A stretch of DNA of 64,000 nucleotides, taken from positions 6,069,806 through 6,133,805 of the forward strand of contig NW_003526943.1 of assembly GCF_000181795.1 (NCBI RefSeq). The letters are read 5' to 3'. This stretch comes from Trichinella spiralis (lineage: Eukaryota). How positions within the stretch are numbered: the first letter of the stretch is position 1; each line of letters starts with the position of its first letter. Below are positions 16,652 through 30,549 of this stretch, piece after piece. Position numbers and translations under genes: made by a program. The notes beneath the pieces were generated by a model. It did no database searches, had not been told where the DNA came from, and saw only the letters and a program-made list of their open reading frames with translations.

Positions 16652-18860
16652 ATTTCTGAAATTGAATTATTATTTCATCACTGATTGCTTGAACTTGCCC
16701 ATTGAAAGTGGAAAATTTTCTCTTAATTCAAAAAAAAAATTAAAACAAACAGTTATCACCAAACAAAACTTTATAGATTATAAAAATGGATTTTTTCAAA
16801 TTTTATATTCTTATGAAAAGTAATAAGCATTAATTTTACATTAATAAATATTAGCAAAAATAACAAAAACAAAACAATAACAGCAAAGCATATCGCAATG
16901 TGAGCGTTGGTGAGAAGAGGAAAAATAAATTGTGTTGGCGATTAGAAATGACTTGATTTAACAAATTTACTACTTTAATAATAATCGATCAAATAGTTCA
17001 ATATTTTACAGTTAGCAATAATAATTGCTATTATTGCAAAAGTGAGCATAAGTGAGCGCGTAATGACAAACTCAGGAAAAACATCTTATAATTGTGAAAT
17101 TCAAATGGATAAAGGTGACCTTCATTGAGAAAAGCAATTTGCTTCAAGTTGTCAAAGGCTGGGCTAATGATGTATATAATCAGCACGGCTGGCAGTTCAA
17201 CTTCCGAAATCTATTTTGCATTCGTTGATCAGCTTTTCTCATTCAATTATCCAAGCTGATCATCAATGGTTAACCTTATCAAACAGTGTTGCCGCCAGTC
17301 ATGCAACTTTCAGACACTATCTAATATACACAATTGCCTAGTTATATTTTCACCGCTTCATCGCACTGTTCAATTGACGTTTTTGAACAGTGCAATCCTA
17401 TGCAAATATTTTCTTCTTTTTTTTTCAAAAATATGATAATTATTCAATAAAGAATAATTTCATTTAAAAATGTTTTCTAATCAGATGAATAATATAACTT
17501 TTGCAAAAAAGATATCGCCATAAAAAACCTTATGCTTTCACACTTTTAAAATAAATATTCACTTCATGTAAATATCTATAATAAAAATGATAAGCTTAAA
17601 ATTTTTTGTCTGTTTTACAAAACAGCTTAGTTGACATTTCCCTTTGGACATTCATTAAAAAAAAGAAAAAAGCAATGATCCTTCATAATATCAACAAGAA
17701 CAAGAACAACAATAATGATAATAAAAAATAATAATAATAATAAACCGCTACCGACAATCGATAGATAGCACGGAAACGTCGTGCAATTTTACTTTTGCAT
17801 TTTTCCTTTTCTACTCCAGATCAATTTTCAATTCTTTTTTATTAATTTCTTTTCTTCGCACACTTTCTGGTCATACTTTGACATAAATTAACCCTTGCCA
17901 TTAAATTGTATGCTTTTCAAAATGCAAATACTTGAAATATTTTTGTGCTGATTATCGATTTTCGTCCGTTGGATAACTTTTATACCGTATATCTCTCAAA
18001 AGAAGCATCAATTCATAATTGGACGATGCGTTGTTCCACAAATGAACAAAACAAAAAAACAGCTCAGGTGGAATATTAAAATTTGTACAAGAAACGGTAA
18101 TACAATGGAAAGAATTTTTTCTTTTGTTTTATTATTTCATGGATGTGACGACGGAGAAGAAATTTTCAACAAATGAAATATTGTTATGTGAAAAGGAAAT
18201 CGTTTAATTCAAAATTGATGACGAAGATCATTATTAAAGATGGCCCCAAGTCGATACTATTCGATATGTGATCAAATAGATTTTCAAGATAAATATTGAC
18301 AATTATTGTCATCTTGCAGTGAACAAACAATGAAGTCTGCTTATCAAGCTTCAAGTTGGAGAATGTCAATCTGTGCAATGAAATTTTTATTGCCTCGAAG
18401 TTTCATCAAATGTTTGGAATTTTGTAAAAGTTATATTTCACTGTTTGTGAGAGTAAATTCAACACAGACAAATGGACATCTCCGATGACAGCATTCAAAG
18501 ACAAAATTACAATGGAATGTAAAGCAGATAAAAACAAAGAAAATAAAATCATAAAAATTCAAGCAAAATTTGATACACATTACATTTCAGTTTTTTTTTG
18601 AACACCATACACTGATAATCAATTACAAATGGATATGGATATTTTGAAAAATGAAAAAGAAAAGATGAAAGATGCTCGGACGCAGTGATGTGACTACGTC
18701 AAAGTGAATCAAATGGAATCAATGCATATATAATAGTGGCGCACCTCTGTGAAGCTCACCTGTCACATGAAAAGCAAATTCATAGCAGAACTAGTCCTGT
18801 AAATACAACTATAGATCTTTGTCGAAAAACATCATCTGACTTCTTACACTACGTGCTCAC

Positions 18861-18892
18861 CTCCTCCTTTTCCTCCTCCTCCTCCTCCTCCT
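18861..18892. repeat. (TCC)n trinucleotide repeat
   Basis: ctcctcc..tcctcctcctcc run seen directly. Confidence 0.8.
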
Positions 18893-21800
18893 CGGTCAGC
18901 AAGCAAAGCAATCAAACTGCATTTCGCAGAAATTAAATTTATCACAACTGAAGAATTTGCAAACAGCAATTCGAATTCGTTGCGGCGACATATGCAACAA
19001 GTGCACATGTGCACACCGGGCAAACTAAACTATCTTCTAATAAAATGCAAACTTTGCTTAAGCTTCTTCTTCTTACAACACACAATTCATTTCCCTCTCT
19101 CGCTTTCTGAGGTGCTTTGTGAAGAGCCATCGAATGATATTTGATTGACATTCTCTTACACAATAGAAATAGCATTAAACGTTTTTAATGCTGACGTTGG
19201 ACTACTAGCAACACAACGGCAACAACAACAACAACAACAAAGAAGCTATGAACATTTTACAGAGTGCATTTCTGTTTCATATATGTATGCATTAAGAGAA
19301 TACTTACTTCTGCAATGTTACTTTGGCTGAGAAACTTGTCAACAAATTTAACTAATATTAATAACTCTAAAACTGACCAAATGACCAATTGAATGAATGA
19401 AATGACCAAAATACGTTTTGCAAGCTGTATTAAAAAATAAGTTTGATGTTCGTCAAAGAATAATCATCAAGATCAATATAAAGTCAGAGAATCTTTTCTT
19501 TATTACCTACTCTATCACTGTTGAAGTTGTGAACAGCAGTAATATATGAAATTCTCTCGATTACGAGCTCGTATTTGCAACTATTTTCAACCAAATAAAC
19601 TTTTTTGGGTAAAATTCTTTTTATGCAAATAAATAATTCACTTTAAACCTCAACTGCAGAACATCTGTTGACTGATATTCTATTTTAAAATAAAAAATAT
19701 AACGTAATTTTTATATATTAATTTTTGTTTGGAAAACTAACTAAATGATCGATATTATTGCAGAAATGCTTTTAAACATTTAAAACACATCTATTACACT
19801 TATTTATACGAAAGAGAGATGAAATGATATTTTCTTGTACGACAAAGAAATTATAGTAAATCATTTTTTCATTTTTTGAACAAATTTTTATCAAAATAGA
19901 ATTTCAAATTGTAAAAATTACTTTGAATTTCTTTGTTCAATTTACTCGACACTTTTTCATGCCAGATCGAATCGATCTGTATTAATTACATCTTCATTAT
20001 TTATTATTGTCTTTCATTTTGACAACTTCAACTTTTAATTAAAAAGCCGTATATTGCAATAAATGAAACATTTTACACACAATACACCTTTTCATCAGCA
20101 TCGTAAGCTTCATCACAAGTATTGTTAACTATTGTAACTTTGACATATTTGCTTTGACCAAAGTTTGTCGTGTTGCGCTACGGATACTGGCATTTGTTTT
20201 AATCTTCCATTTGAAAATTATGCTATAAAGTTGCATGCCATTTTGTAGAACAAAAAGCAAAAGAAGAAAGGAAAAACGTAATTCCTAAACGTTATCCCGC
20301 TTTTCACTGCTTCAACAAATAAACTTTTTTTCAAAGTTGGCTTTTTCCTCATCTGTTCAAGCAGGTTGAACATATGGTTTAGCGCATTATTGCATTCTGA
20401 AATGATTAAAATGCTTTCTACTGATCAACTACAACTCGCACGGCAATCCGCGATGATTGAGCTCCCTCGTGCAGAGACATTCTTGCAATTTAAGAAAATT
20501 GAAGAACAAAAAAGCATCTACGTATTATTTCCATTTCACATTTCTTCAACGATGTTCAACACTGCATTTTTTGAATACATTGATTTGTTCACAAATTCAT
20601 GAATTATTTTTATTTTATTCTTTTTTTTAAATAATTTTCGTACTGAAAAAATGATGATGATAAAAAAATTAAGGTAATTATTTGAGCATTTTGAACAAAC
20701 AGTTTCAACAACAAATACATATAACAAGTATGATTATAGATGAGTGAAAGAAGAAACGCACGATGAAATGTAAAATGATCTGATTGATGCTTTATTGTAA
20801 TAGTTTACCAGTTCTAATAATAAATTGAAATTGCTATTGAAAATAATCCATTTTATTTTGAAGCTGACAAGAAATCAACTGGAAAAATTGAGCTGTTGAA
20901 AGTCTAATTGAAAATTTATCTGATAAATCACAGATTAACATGAAATTTTAAAAAAATTTGAATTTTTTACTATTCTGTAAAAGCACTCATTATTCTCCTT
21001 CATCTGTATTAAAAATGCTATTAAATAGTTTAAAATTCACTTCCTTGTGACATAAAATTATAAAAATACTTTCTCCAATATGAAATAATAAGCTACTTAG
21101 TATACTGGCTTAGGGCCGTTTAAAATTCTCAGCAGTCTGTTAACAGCTTCATTTTAAAGTTGATTCCACTAATCTCTGAAGCGCGTTATTTCCACATGAG
21201 AATTAGAAAGCATTTACAGCTTGTGCATCCAGTTAAGCATGTTTTCGTTCATTAGGCATTTTTTCTTTTGTTTGCTTCTTGTTAGTTTTTTTTTGAGAAA
21301 ATGCAGCTTTGAAATGATGAAAAGGATTTTCAAACGTGAAAAGTTCAATTTTTACCAATTCCAAGTTTAGCTTGGATAATTGGAATGAAAATAATTATGA
21401 CTGAATTTCTTTTTTTTTGAAAATTAAATTATCTTAATTAAAGATAAATAACTGAGTGATAATATTAAAAATTATGGTGCAATAATGAATTGTCACAGAG
21501 GGATGAAAAAAGAGTGAACGAATTTCAGCTTATTAAAAAAAAAATAGACATTTTGATATAGTTGAAAAATGAAATGAAAAATTATTTTTTGTTTTAAAGT
21601 GTCATTGTGAACAAATTTAAACTTGAAGGGGTAGTAGTAGAAGAAGAAGAAGATGTTGTCTACCTGTGGAAAGTATAGATGATGGAAAATTATAAAGCCA
21701 ACCAACGGAAGCTTTGGAACATGGAATTTTTATCAGATGTCGATGGTTTCTTCTTCGTTTTTTTCGTCTTCTTTGGAAGCAGCTTTCTCTGACCGATGAA

Positions 21801-24800
21801 TAAAAAGCAAAAGAAAGAGAAAATGGTTGTCAAGGGCGCGTGATGAGCAGAGAAACACTGATCGCCTCTTTGCAACGCTTGGCAAGTTTGCTTTGCGTGA
21901 AAAGCTTCGGCCAGTGTCACATTAGCCAAACCAGTACGATCACATTGGAGTGGCGTTTTCAATATTTACTTTCGCTTAATCACAATATTGGCGCTGGTTT
22001 ATCACAACGGGAAGTTTTGGACCGGCGGAGTGCGTCTGACGTCGATTGAACTTTTAGCAAAAGTTCAGCTCAGAAAAACACTGCTGCATCACAAAATTGA
22101 CGTAGCTGCTTTCCAATGCAAATGAATAATCACAAGCTTGAAACAAAGCATGTAAGCAAGTAACAGCACAAAGAACAAGAAGCAAAAATAATATATATAT
22201 TCAACTATTTGTATAAATCAAAAACACAACTTAGCACACCTTATGCGATCAGTTTGTTGTTGGCTCTCAGTGTGGGAAAAGCTGCATATAAAGCTGAGCT
22301 AATATGCTAGGCGAAAACTGGGCGGAAGCAGAGCGTAGAATGCAGGAACTGAAGCACAGGTGAAAACTGAGAGGCCAGTATCGATTTCGTCAACGAAGGT
22401 GACGCACGCGTGCAGCGTGGACAGCGGTTTTGAAAGCGTCGCAACGCAAAGCGCTTATTTTATTTTATTTTTTTACTTTCTACCTGAGCTATTAAATACC
22501 ATGGCTATTGTCGTTTCCATTGCTGTCTTTATGCACGCAATGAATAAATATGAATAACAGACATCTAAATATCTAAGCCTCATAATCGCTGACTTCCATA
22601 CAATTCGCTCACTCTCTTTCTTTCTTCGACTCTTGGAGCTCTTAATTTTAAATTTCCTATGAAATCTACATACTTTTTGTCAACGTTGTTTTGTGCTTTC
22701 TTTTTCTTAAATTGATTCAAATATTTTTCCGTCTTACTCCCTCTTCCCACAACCAAGAAAAAAAAATATATTCTTTTATCATTGATGACAACATGCATCA
22801 TGACCATCATTATTTATTTGTTGATGAAGCCACCAAGCAAACAATCCAAGCATTGCTTGCAACATGAAATATTTGATAATCGAAAATGGAAAATATTTCA
22901 ATACAAAAGCCTTTTTCATTTCAAAGCCTAAAGCATGAAAAGTGTCTTAAAATAAAATTCACTTCTTATTCACTTTTGCCCTGAGTATGCTTTGTATTAA
23001 AATCAATTATCATTGACAAATTTATTTCTTCATAACCACAACCGTGTACATTATTCATCAGTCATTCATTTACTTCAATTATTCACAAATGAAAAATAAC
23101 TACTTTATGAAATATCCTCTTTTATTTTTTTTATTGCTTTGAAAATTGCAGCGTAAAATTCATTTCAAACATGGGCTATTTAATCAAATTAGCTTCATTT
23201 TAAAGAAATAACCAAGCACAAAAAGCACAGGTTTTTTAAAATACTTTTTCTTTTAATTCACAATCAGCAGTATCGTTTAAACTAATTTATTGAAGTAGAT
23301 GATTTCAATAATTGAAATATTTCATTCATAATTTTCACTATATTACATTATTTATTAAAAATTTCACTTGGAAACAAGCTATAAAAGCAAATTCTAAAAA
23401 AATAGTGGTGCAATCTTGCTGATTCTTTGAACAAATTTACCACTAAAAAAGTGGATAAAATTTTCTAAAACCATGTAATATATGCAAGCAAATGCTGTTT
23501 CAATGCAATATTTTCATTGTTCACATTGTTCACATCACGATTGTTTTATGCATTTTTTTTTGTAATCTGCAAAACTTTCTTACGAAGGTAATGCAAAATT
23601 TCAAATGTAGGAATGTAATATTTTTTCTCTTAATTTTATTTTTACAATTTTACTCAACATTGCTTTACTCAGTTGCTCCAAATTTTCTTTTGCTATTTTC
23701 AAATTTTAAATTACAGAGTACCTGATTTTTGTAATAAATTTGCTGATATCTTTCAATTGTAAAAATAATAAATAAATTGCAAAATATATTAAAACCTTGA
23801 AATATTTTAAATTTGTGAATAAATTTACTCTAGAAATGAGGTGTGCATTAAACTCCTTTTGTGCAAAGCACATTATTTAAAATGATTATTGAAGTTAAAA
23901 TAATTAAGAAATTTTTAAGGAATGATGCGCTCATTTCTTTTGATTATTTTTCTCATTGATTTCTATTTCTTAGTAATAAAAGCTACTAATTTCACTTATG
24001 ATAAATATCGATAAATAGACTTGAATCATGCTTAGAGTATCAAAAATGTTCAATCACTTTACGACATAAATAATCTTCTCTTCTTGTTAGCAATGTTAGC
24101 ACGCTCAGATTATTTACAGTGACATTAAAGTGATTAAAAACTTTAGATACGGTTTTTTCATTTAAATTGACTGAATTTGTTTGTAAACAAGCAATATCAA
24201 ATACTTTATCTTCTCGAATAACGCGCTATAACTGTAGTTATCTGCAATTTGAACAAAACCAATATTAAAACTAAATAATAGCCTGCTAATTTACAAGCTT
24301 GTTTAACAAACATTTTTGAAATTCACATTATCATTTCGTTGATGTAGAAAATATGACTTCTTTTATTTTTATTTACCAAGTTCAGTAGAGAATTCCCTCT
24401 CTTTTAATTTTTGAAAATATTTTAAAGTTGGAAATGTTAAACTTTTATTGACCAATAAATACAGCAGCATTTATTTAACAGCATACATAACATTGCAGCA
24501 ATTTAAATCTCTGATTAAGTTCTTTTTATTTATGAGCTTTTCAATTTCATGGAAATTTTTTAAAAAATGCAAATGAAAATGTTACAAGTATAGAAAAGTT
24601 AAAAATGAAACAAAAATTGCGCTTATTCAAAATTTTTTATGCAACATAATAGAACAGGGTTAATGGAAATTATTTTTTAATTCAATCTAAATTGAGCAAA
24701 TTTCTGAGATAAAATTTAAATTTATGTTAACTGTTTTACAACATTGAAGACTCTATACTCAGGGCATTTCTGGACAAATACATGGTAAATAGCTACGGAC

Positions 24801-25212
24801 TAGTATATATATACATGCATAACCGAGCTTAAAGCTTGCAAGCTATCTCGAAGGATAAACATTAATAGAGAAGTTGTTATTTAAAAAATGCCATGCTCGA
24901 TAATTGTAGAAGATTGTAGAACAGCTTCAAAGCATCAGTTTCAAAACATTTAATTTTACATAATAGTACATCATGAAGAATTTTTATATTTGGCAGTTCT
25001 GGAAAAGAAATTACCAAACTGAAGAACAGGTTCGAACCTGAATAATAATCTTCTTCTGGTGCTTTCTCTGATCAACTTGGTCAAAGAGTGCAACTGTCAC
25101 TTTTCTCATTCTTTGGTATTCATGTTGACAGAACACGTTTTCAAAATTTGCTATTTCACTTTTTTTTCAACGTAAAAGGCACACGTTACATTGAAGAAAA
25201 GAACAATGCAGG

Positions 25213-28200
25213 TTAGCATGCTTCAGGTTTTACATGCTTGGGATCATTTTGAATTGCAATTGTTAATCGACTCTCTGTCTCAGTAGAGGTTCTACAATTT
25301 TGCCTCGACGTGCTCAATGACCGTGTATTTCGCCTTGTAATGGAGGCAGATTTTGGCTTGCACAGCAAGCTATGCCATTGGTCAGTAAGCGTAAGAAATA
25401 CAGGTAAAAAAATCAAAGCATGCAACAAACCTGAAATAATAACAAGAAAAACAGTTTTGAAAAAGGAAATGATCATGTATGAACCAAGATCGGCAAGAAG
25501 ACTCACTCCAAGAAGAGTGCTCAGTGCCCCTTGCAGAATCGGCCATCCAAGTTGACCAAGCGAATAGCGGATTCGTTGAATTGGATCTGAGTGTGCATAG
25601 ATTGAATATGAGAACGCAATATGAGCAGAAAAGTCAACGGAAAAGCCGATGCTCATAATAATTGTGATCATTGAAATTGTATCCATATTCAAACCCCAAA
25701 GTGTCATAAAGCCGATTACACCCATATCAATGGAAAAAATGGAAAATGTAACCCAGAGCGAGCATACTGCTTTTGGTATTAACAACAGAGCCAGTATAAC
25801 CATACACATGATCCCATAAGCGCATTCTTGAACAATATTAGGTACAATTTCTAAATATTGATCAACATAATGCCACATTTTGTTGAACGACGTTATGTTG
25901 TATTCTGGATATTTTGATGCGATGTTTCGAAATTCGACCACCGTTTCTGTTTGAGCAATTGTATCGACGAAATCTTTGATGCCGATCATGAATCGAAAAG
26001 CAGTTATTTGAAAAGTGGAGTTAACTTCATCAACAGTCCAAACAAGATCCTCTTTGTAAGCACCATTCCCGGGCATGCTGAGAAAAAGTTTGACATAATC
26101 ATAAAAAGATGCCTGTGGAATTTCATCCATTTGCACTTTTATGTTGAGCTCAAGAAATTTTTGAAAATCCAAAAGCCAACAGCTGATTCCTTCTTCACCG
26201 ATTCCATGTTTGCTGAATGCAAATTCATGAATCACTTCAATAAGACGATCTCGATTGGCAGTGTCACTCAAATTTCCTGGATTGGCAACAACAATGGCAA
26301 TTTGCATGCCATATTTCCAGAGGTATTTTTCTAAATTTCTGTAATGTTTCAGAGCGTAAGAACCGACCGGAAGAAGCCGTGCCGGTTCTAGACCTTCACG
26401 TATATACATACATCCGTAAGTGGAAACCGTTATGTAGGCGAAGAACAAAACGATCACCATTGCTTTGACACATGGGCGCATTAAAAATGGAGCATAATAG
26501 TCGGCAAAAAATCTAGTAAACAACTGAGTTTCATCGAACTTGCCGACTGCTCTTCCATTTCCAACAACGCTAGCAGGCAGTGCAATGCCGTTGACTTTCG
26601 TCGACACCGCTTGATCATTGTCAGTTTGTTTGGGCTTCAGTATAGGTTTCAAAAATGTTGAGATCGAAGAAGCGGTGAAAGCTAAATTTGAAAATTTACT
26701 ACAAATTATACAAACAAGCACAATTTTGCTTACATATGACGGATTTTTTGCTTTCTAAATTGTTTTCAGGAAATTTCGACTCACGACGAGCTTCATAGAT
26801 CAGTAATGCAAACAGCAGAGTCAACTGGAAAACAAAAGTCACCAATATTGCAGTACAAGTGTAAAGGCAGAATAGTTGCACGGCGGGAAAATTAGTAATG
26901 TAACCAACAGCAAAACTCAAAGCATCTGTAGCTACAGTCAAGAAGATTGATACAGACGCTTCGGACATTGCTTCCGCTACTCGATCTTCAGTTTTCGTCT
27001 TTCGATCAATTGAAGCAAGAGCAGAGATCATCAAGAAAGTATTGTCAATTCTGACAGCTAAAAATTATTTTAAATTAACCAATAATATGATAATTTCAAC
27101 AAGAACGGTGAAAATGAATTTTCCCTTGTATCAAGGAAAAGAGATGATGTAAAGAAAAAGCTTACCAACAACAAGAAAAGGCATTACTACAACAACACGA
27201 CTGAATGGAATACCAATGTAGGATAACAACCCAATTGCAGTTGAAACGCCCAATCCTGCACTAAATACTCCGGCAATGGCAACCAACGGGCTAAGGCTGG
27301 CGTAATGGAAGTGAAGTCGACCGTTGCGTATTGTTATGTGAAATGTGAAAACTGCGGAAAAAATCAACAACAATATAAAAGAGGGCGCAATTCGAGGTGC
27401 TAACACTTTGGCGTTTCGGTTCAGCTCCTGATCCAACACCTCGTCGTGGTACAAAGACAATTCGAGCAAAGGATTTTCATAAGAAAGGATATGATCTCGG
27501 AATTTGTTTTGCCACAGAAATTTCCGACGTTCGTCCAGCTGGTTCCAAACTCGTAACTGGTAGATCAACAGCCACGCCTCGGCTTGTTCAAGCCTTCCGC
27601 TGCTATTGTTCACCGTCACACCGCCGAGGGTCGATGCTACATAGATCACCTGATCGGATATGGATACTTTGGGATAGCTGAAATTCAAATGAGCCATATT
27701 TTTGAAGTAGAACTGTTTGAATATTTCAATCAGTGGATTGTCAAAACAAGAATGCTTCCATTGCAAGCAGAGATCATTGTAAGCGTAAGCTGTACCGTTG
27801 TCCGTGATCTGAAAATGATAATAATTTTCAATATTTATCATTTCTTTAATTCAATCAATATCCAAAATCATTGAACAATGAATTTCAAAAAACATTTTCA
27901 ATTTTAAATTGCATCTCATATTTGAAATTTTCCTTTTCAAAGTAAAACATTTTACAATGCTAAGCTAAATTCTCGTTGTTATTTCAAAATTTTTTTTGTT
28001 GCTGCATCATTTTCAATAAATTCCATTAAAATGGAACACTTCTAAATATTTTCATGATTGAAATATTTTTTATGTTACAAAATATTCCCGAGGGTTGGCT
28101 CTTTTTTTCTTTTTTCAAAATTCAAATTATGAAAAATGTAAAATGTTCCAAAGGAAAGACCTTGTTTATTTATATGGTAGTCGAACTGTCATGGTTCCAC

Positions 28201-30549
28201 AATTTGCAGTCCACCTGAAGAGAAAATAGGTTTTCAGATCAGTGTCAAATATATGCTATAAATCAAGAACCAGTCAGCTAAGCCAACAAACTTGACCTAT
28301 TACTTTGTAAAGCAAGAAAAAAAATGGAATAAAAAAAGCAAAAATCACTTCAAACTAATTCAAAATTAATAGTTAAACTAAAGCTGATACAATGTGAAGC
28401 TGGTAAGCTGGAAACAATTACAACAACAGCCCACTTGATGCGTGGGTTCTAGTTTGTCCAACTGCTTCAGTTTTTTTGGATAGAAAGTGAAAATTTTTTT
28501 GAAAAACTTTATAAAGCTACATAAAACATCCATATTGAACTACAATATTTCCAATCATTGAATACTTGCCGCATCAAATGAAGATGTAAATGGACAATTG
28601 ATTCTTTCTTAAAATTGTGTTCAATAAATGTTTGCACTAATTTCCAAAAGAAATAAAATAAAGTCGACTTCATTGTTGAACCGTTTTCTAAATTTTTGAT
28701 GCCTCGGGCAAGAAAAAATTAGCCATTGAAAACGGTGTTGACAGTTTTGCAAACTGGTGTTCATTTTATAATATTTATTAAATAAAATAAATTTTCAATC
28801 CAACAGCTAACCTATCCTATTTGCATATCTATATACTTGTTGGATTAGAAAGAAATATATATATGCATAGATTATTATCCCAATGGACTGACAATTTAAA
28901 TACAGTAACCAACTGATAAATGATACATTTAGAAAAATCCATCAATGTAAAATTCTATAAATAGATACAAAAAATAGTATACAGTAATGTAATTACGCTT
29001 ACAATGCAAAATGAAATTAATTTTAACGTTAAAAATATATTACCATCTTTAATAAATGATATGCTTTTTATGGAAAATTTTCAAATGAAAACATATGCAG
29101 ATGTATATAATAAATTAAATGACGCCATTAATTTGTTAAATGTGTGTTGTTTGTTACATGCTGTGATTATATCAATTCAGATTTAACCTACCGCATACAT
29201 CTAAATATATATGTATTTTATTTTTACCCTATTCAAGTCACTTTTAAAAAGTAAAAAAAATTTAGCAAAATTATTTTCTGTTTAATTAAAAACAACATAA
29301 AAATCGAGTCTAAAATATCCTCAGGCTATTTCAATTCACTTGTTGATAACAGCTGCTGTAGGTAGTGAAGGAGTCTGTCATTTTTGATTTGTCAACTGCA
29401 CAGCCTTTTGTTTACAGCTCATTTTAAAATCATTATTAAAAACAAACATTACAAAAATTCCATGTGGAATTCATTTGTGCAGAAAGAGGAAAGCGACAAG
29501 AGAAACGATTGCGTGACGTGATATGCATGCAACAAATTTTAAAGTCCTCACTCATGATTTTATCAAAGAAGTTTACACACTATTTAGCTTATAATCAAGC
29601 AAAAAGCGTGAATCTATAAGTAAAGACGATATTTATGAAAATGTTAAATTTTATCAAAATAATACTAATCACAACATGTATTATTAGTGGAATAAGCGTA
29701 AATGAAAAAATATGCAACAATATCTCGATAGTCACATTGGTTTGGTAGTGGTTATAAAGAAGATCCTCCTCAAAAGTAAAATTAACACTTTTTTTACAAA
29801 TTCAATTCAATAATTGATTGATCAATCTTTGCGTTATTTATTTTTATTCATTGATGGTCATGCTGACAATAGTTAATGATATAATTGTACGTATAACAAT
29901 AGACTTCAACCAGCCAGTCAATCAAATATAAAATAAGATCAAAGACCTGCGTCCATTTCTTCAATTTCCTTTTCTATCACCTCACATTAAGTGAAGTTGA
30001 GCGTAATTCTAGGTTTTATGTGCGTATTTTATTATAAAAAACCGAATTCTATCATTTGAATCATTAACTATGTAATATATAAATATATACATATAATGAC
30101 TGAAGTGTGAAGACTTCTTCACGAAAGAAAGGAAAATAATTTTGTCAAAATAGATAAAAAAGAGAATTACTTACTTGAATATCTTCCATGACATAGCGAT
30201 TTAATTCTTCGATTGCTAGCAGATATTTAGCTGTAAGCAAATTGCTACCGTTTTTGGATTTCACATACAGATGGCATTGTCCTTTGCCATTGAAAATTTT
30301 CGAAGGGGAGAACGAGTACTGTTTAGTAGTAGGCCAAAAGGATTCAAATACACGCTCCTCTTGCTTTGCCTGGCCGTTCAGCGGGGTATATAGATAAAGG
30401 GCGTTGTCATATTTGTTCAAAAAGAGCAAACCCGTAGACAAAGCAATACCAACAACTACCGGCACCACGACAAACCAAGCCGGATTTCGGTAGACAATTC
30501 GAGCGTAGCGTTCGGACAAACGGCGCAGGTTGGCTTCGAAAAATTCCAT
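25213..30549 (-). CDS. ptr: Patched-related protein (PTR/PTCHD3 family, sterol-sensing RND transporter), about 936 aa
   Basis: Exons 30549-30175, 27808-27166, 27057-26734, 26681-25213 join in frame (2811 nt). Motifs YTPLNGQAKQE, VVMPFLVV, EASVSIFLTVATDALSFAVG, FCLYT, IMSIGFSVDFSAHI, LGWPILQGALSTLLG, FFKTVFLVIISGLLHALIFLP. Confidence 0.95.

Noticed and set aside
18184..19330. Several 60-77 aa ORFs with poly-Ser or poly-Gln
   Set aside because: Products of TCC and CAA microsatellites; no consistent exon chain or homology recognised.
24990..25040. B-box-like palindrome CAGGTTCGAACCTG with an A-box-like TGGCAGTTCTGG upstream (tRNA/SINE?)
   Set aside because: No acceptor, D or anticodon stems can be formed, and T-arm geometry is wrong.
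26682..26733. Apparent frameshift between two ptr ORFs
   Set aside because: Explained by a normal 52-nt GTAAGC...TTTAG intron that restores the frame.
25310..27874. Plus-strand ORFs of 81-127 aa
   Set aside because: Antisense shadows of ptr coding exons.
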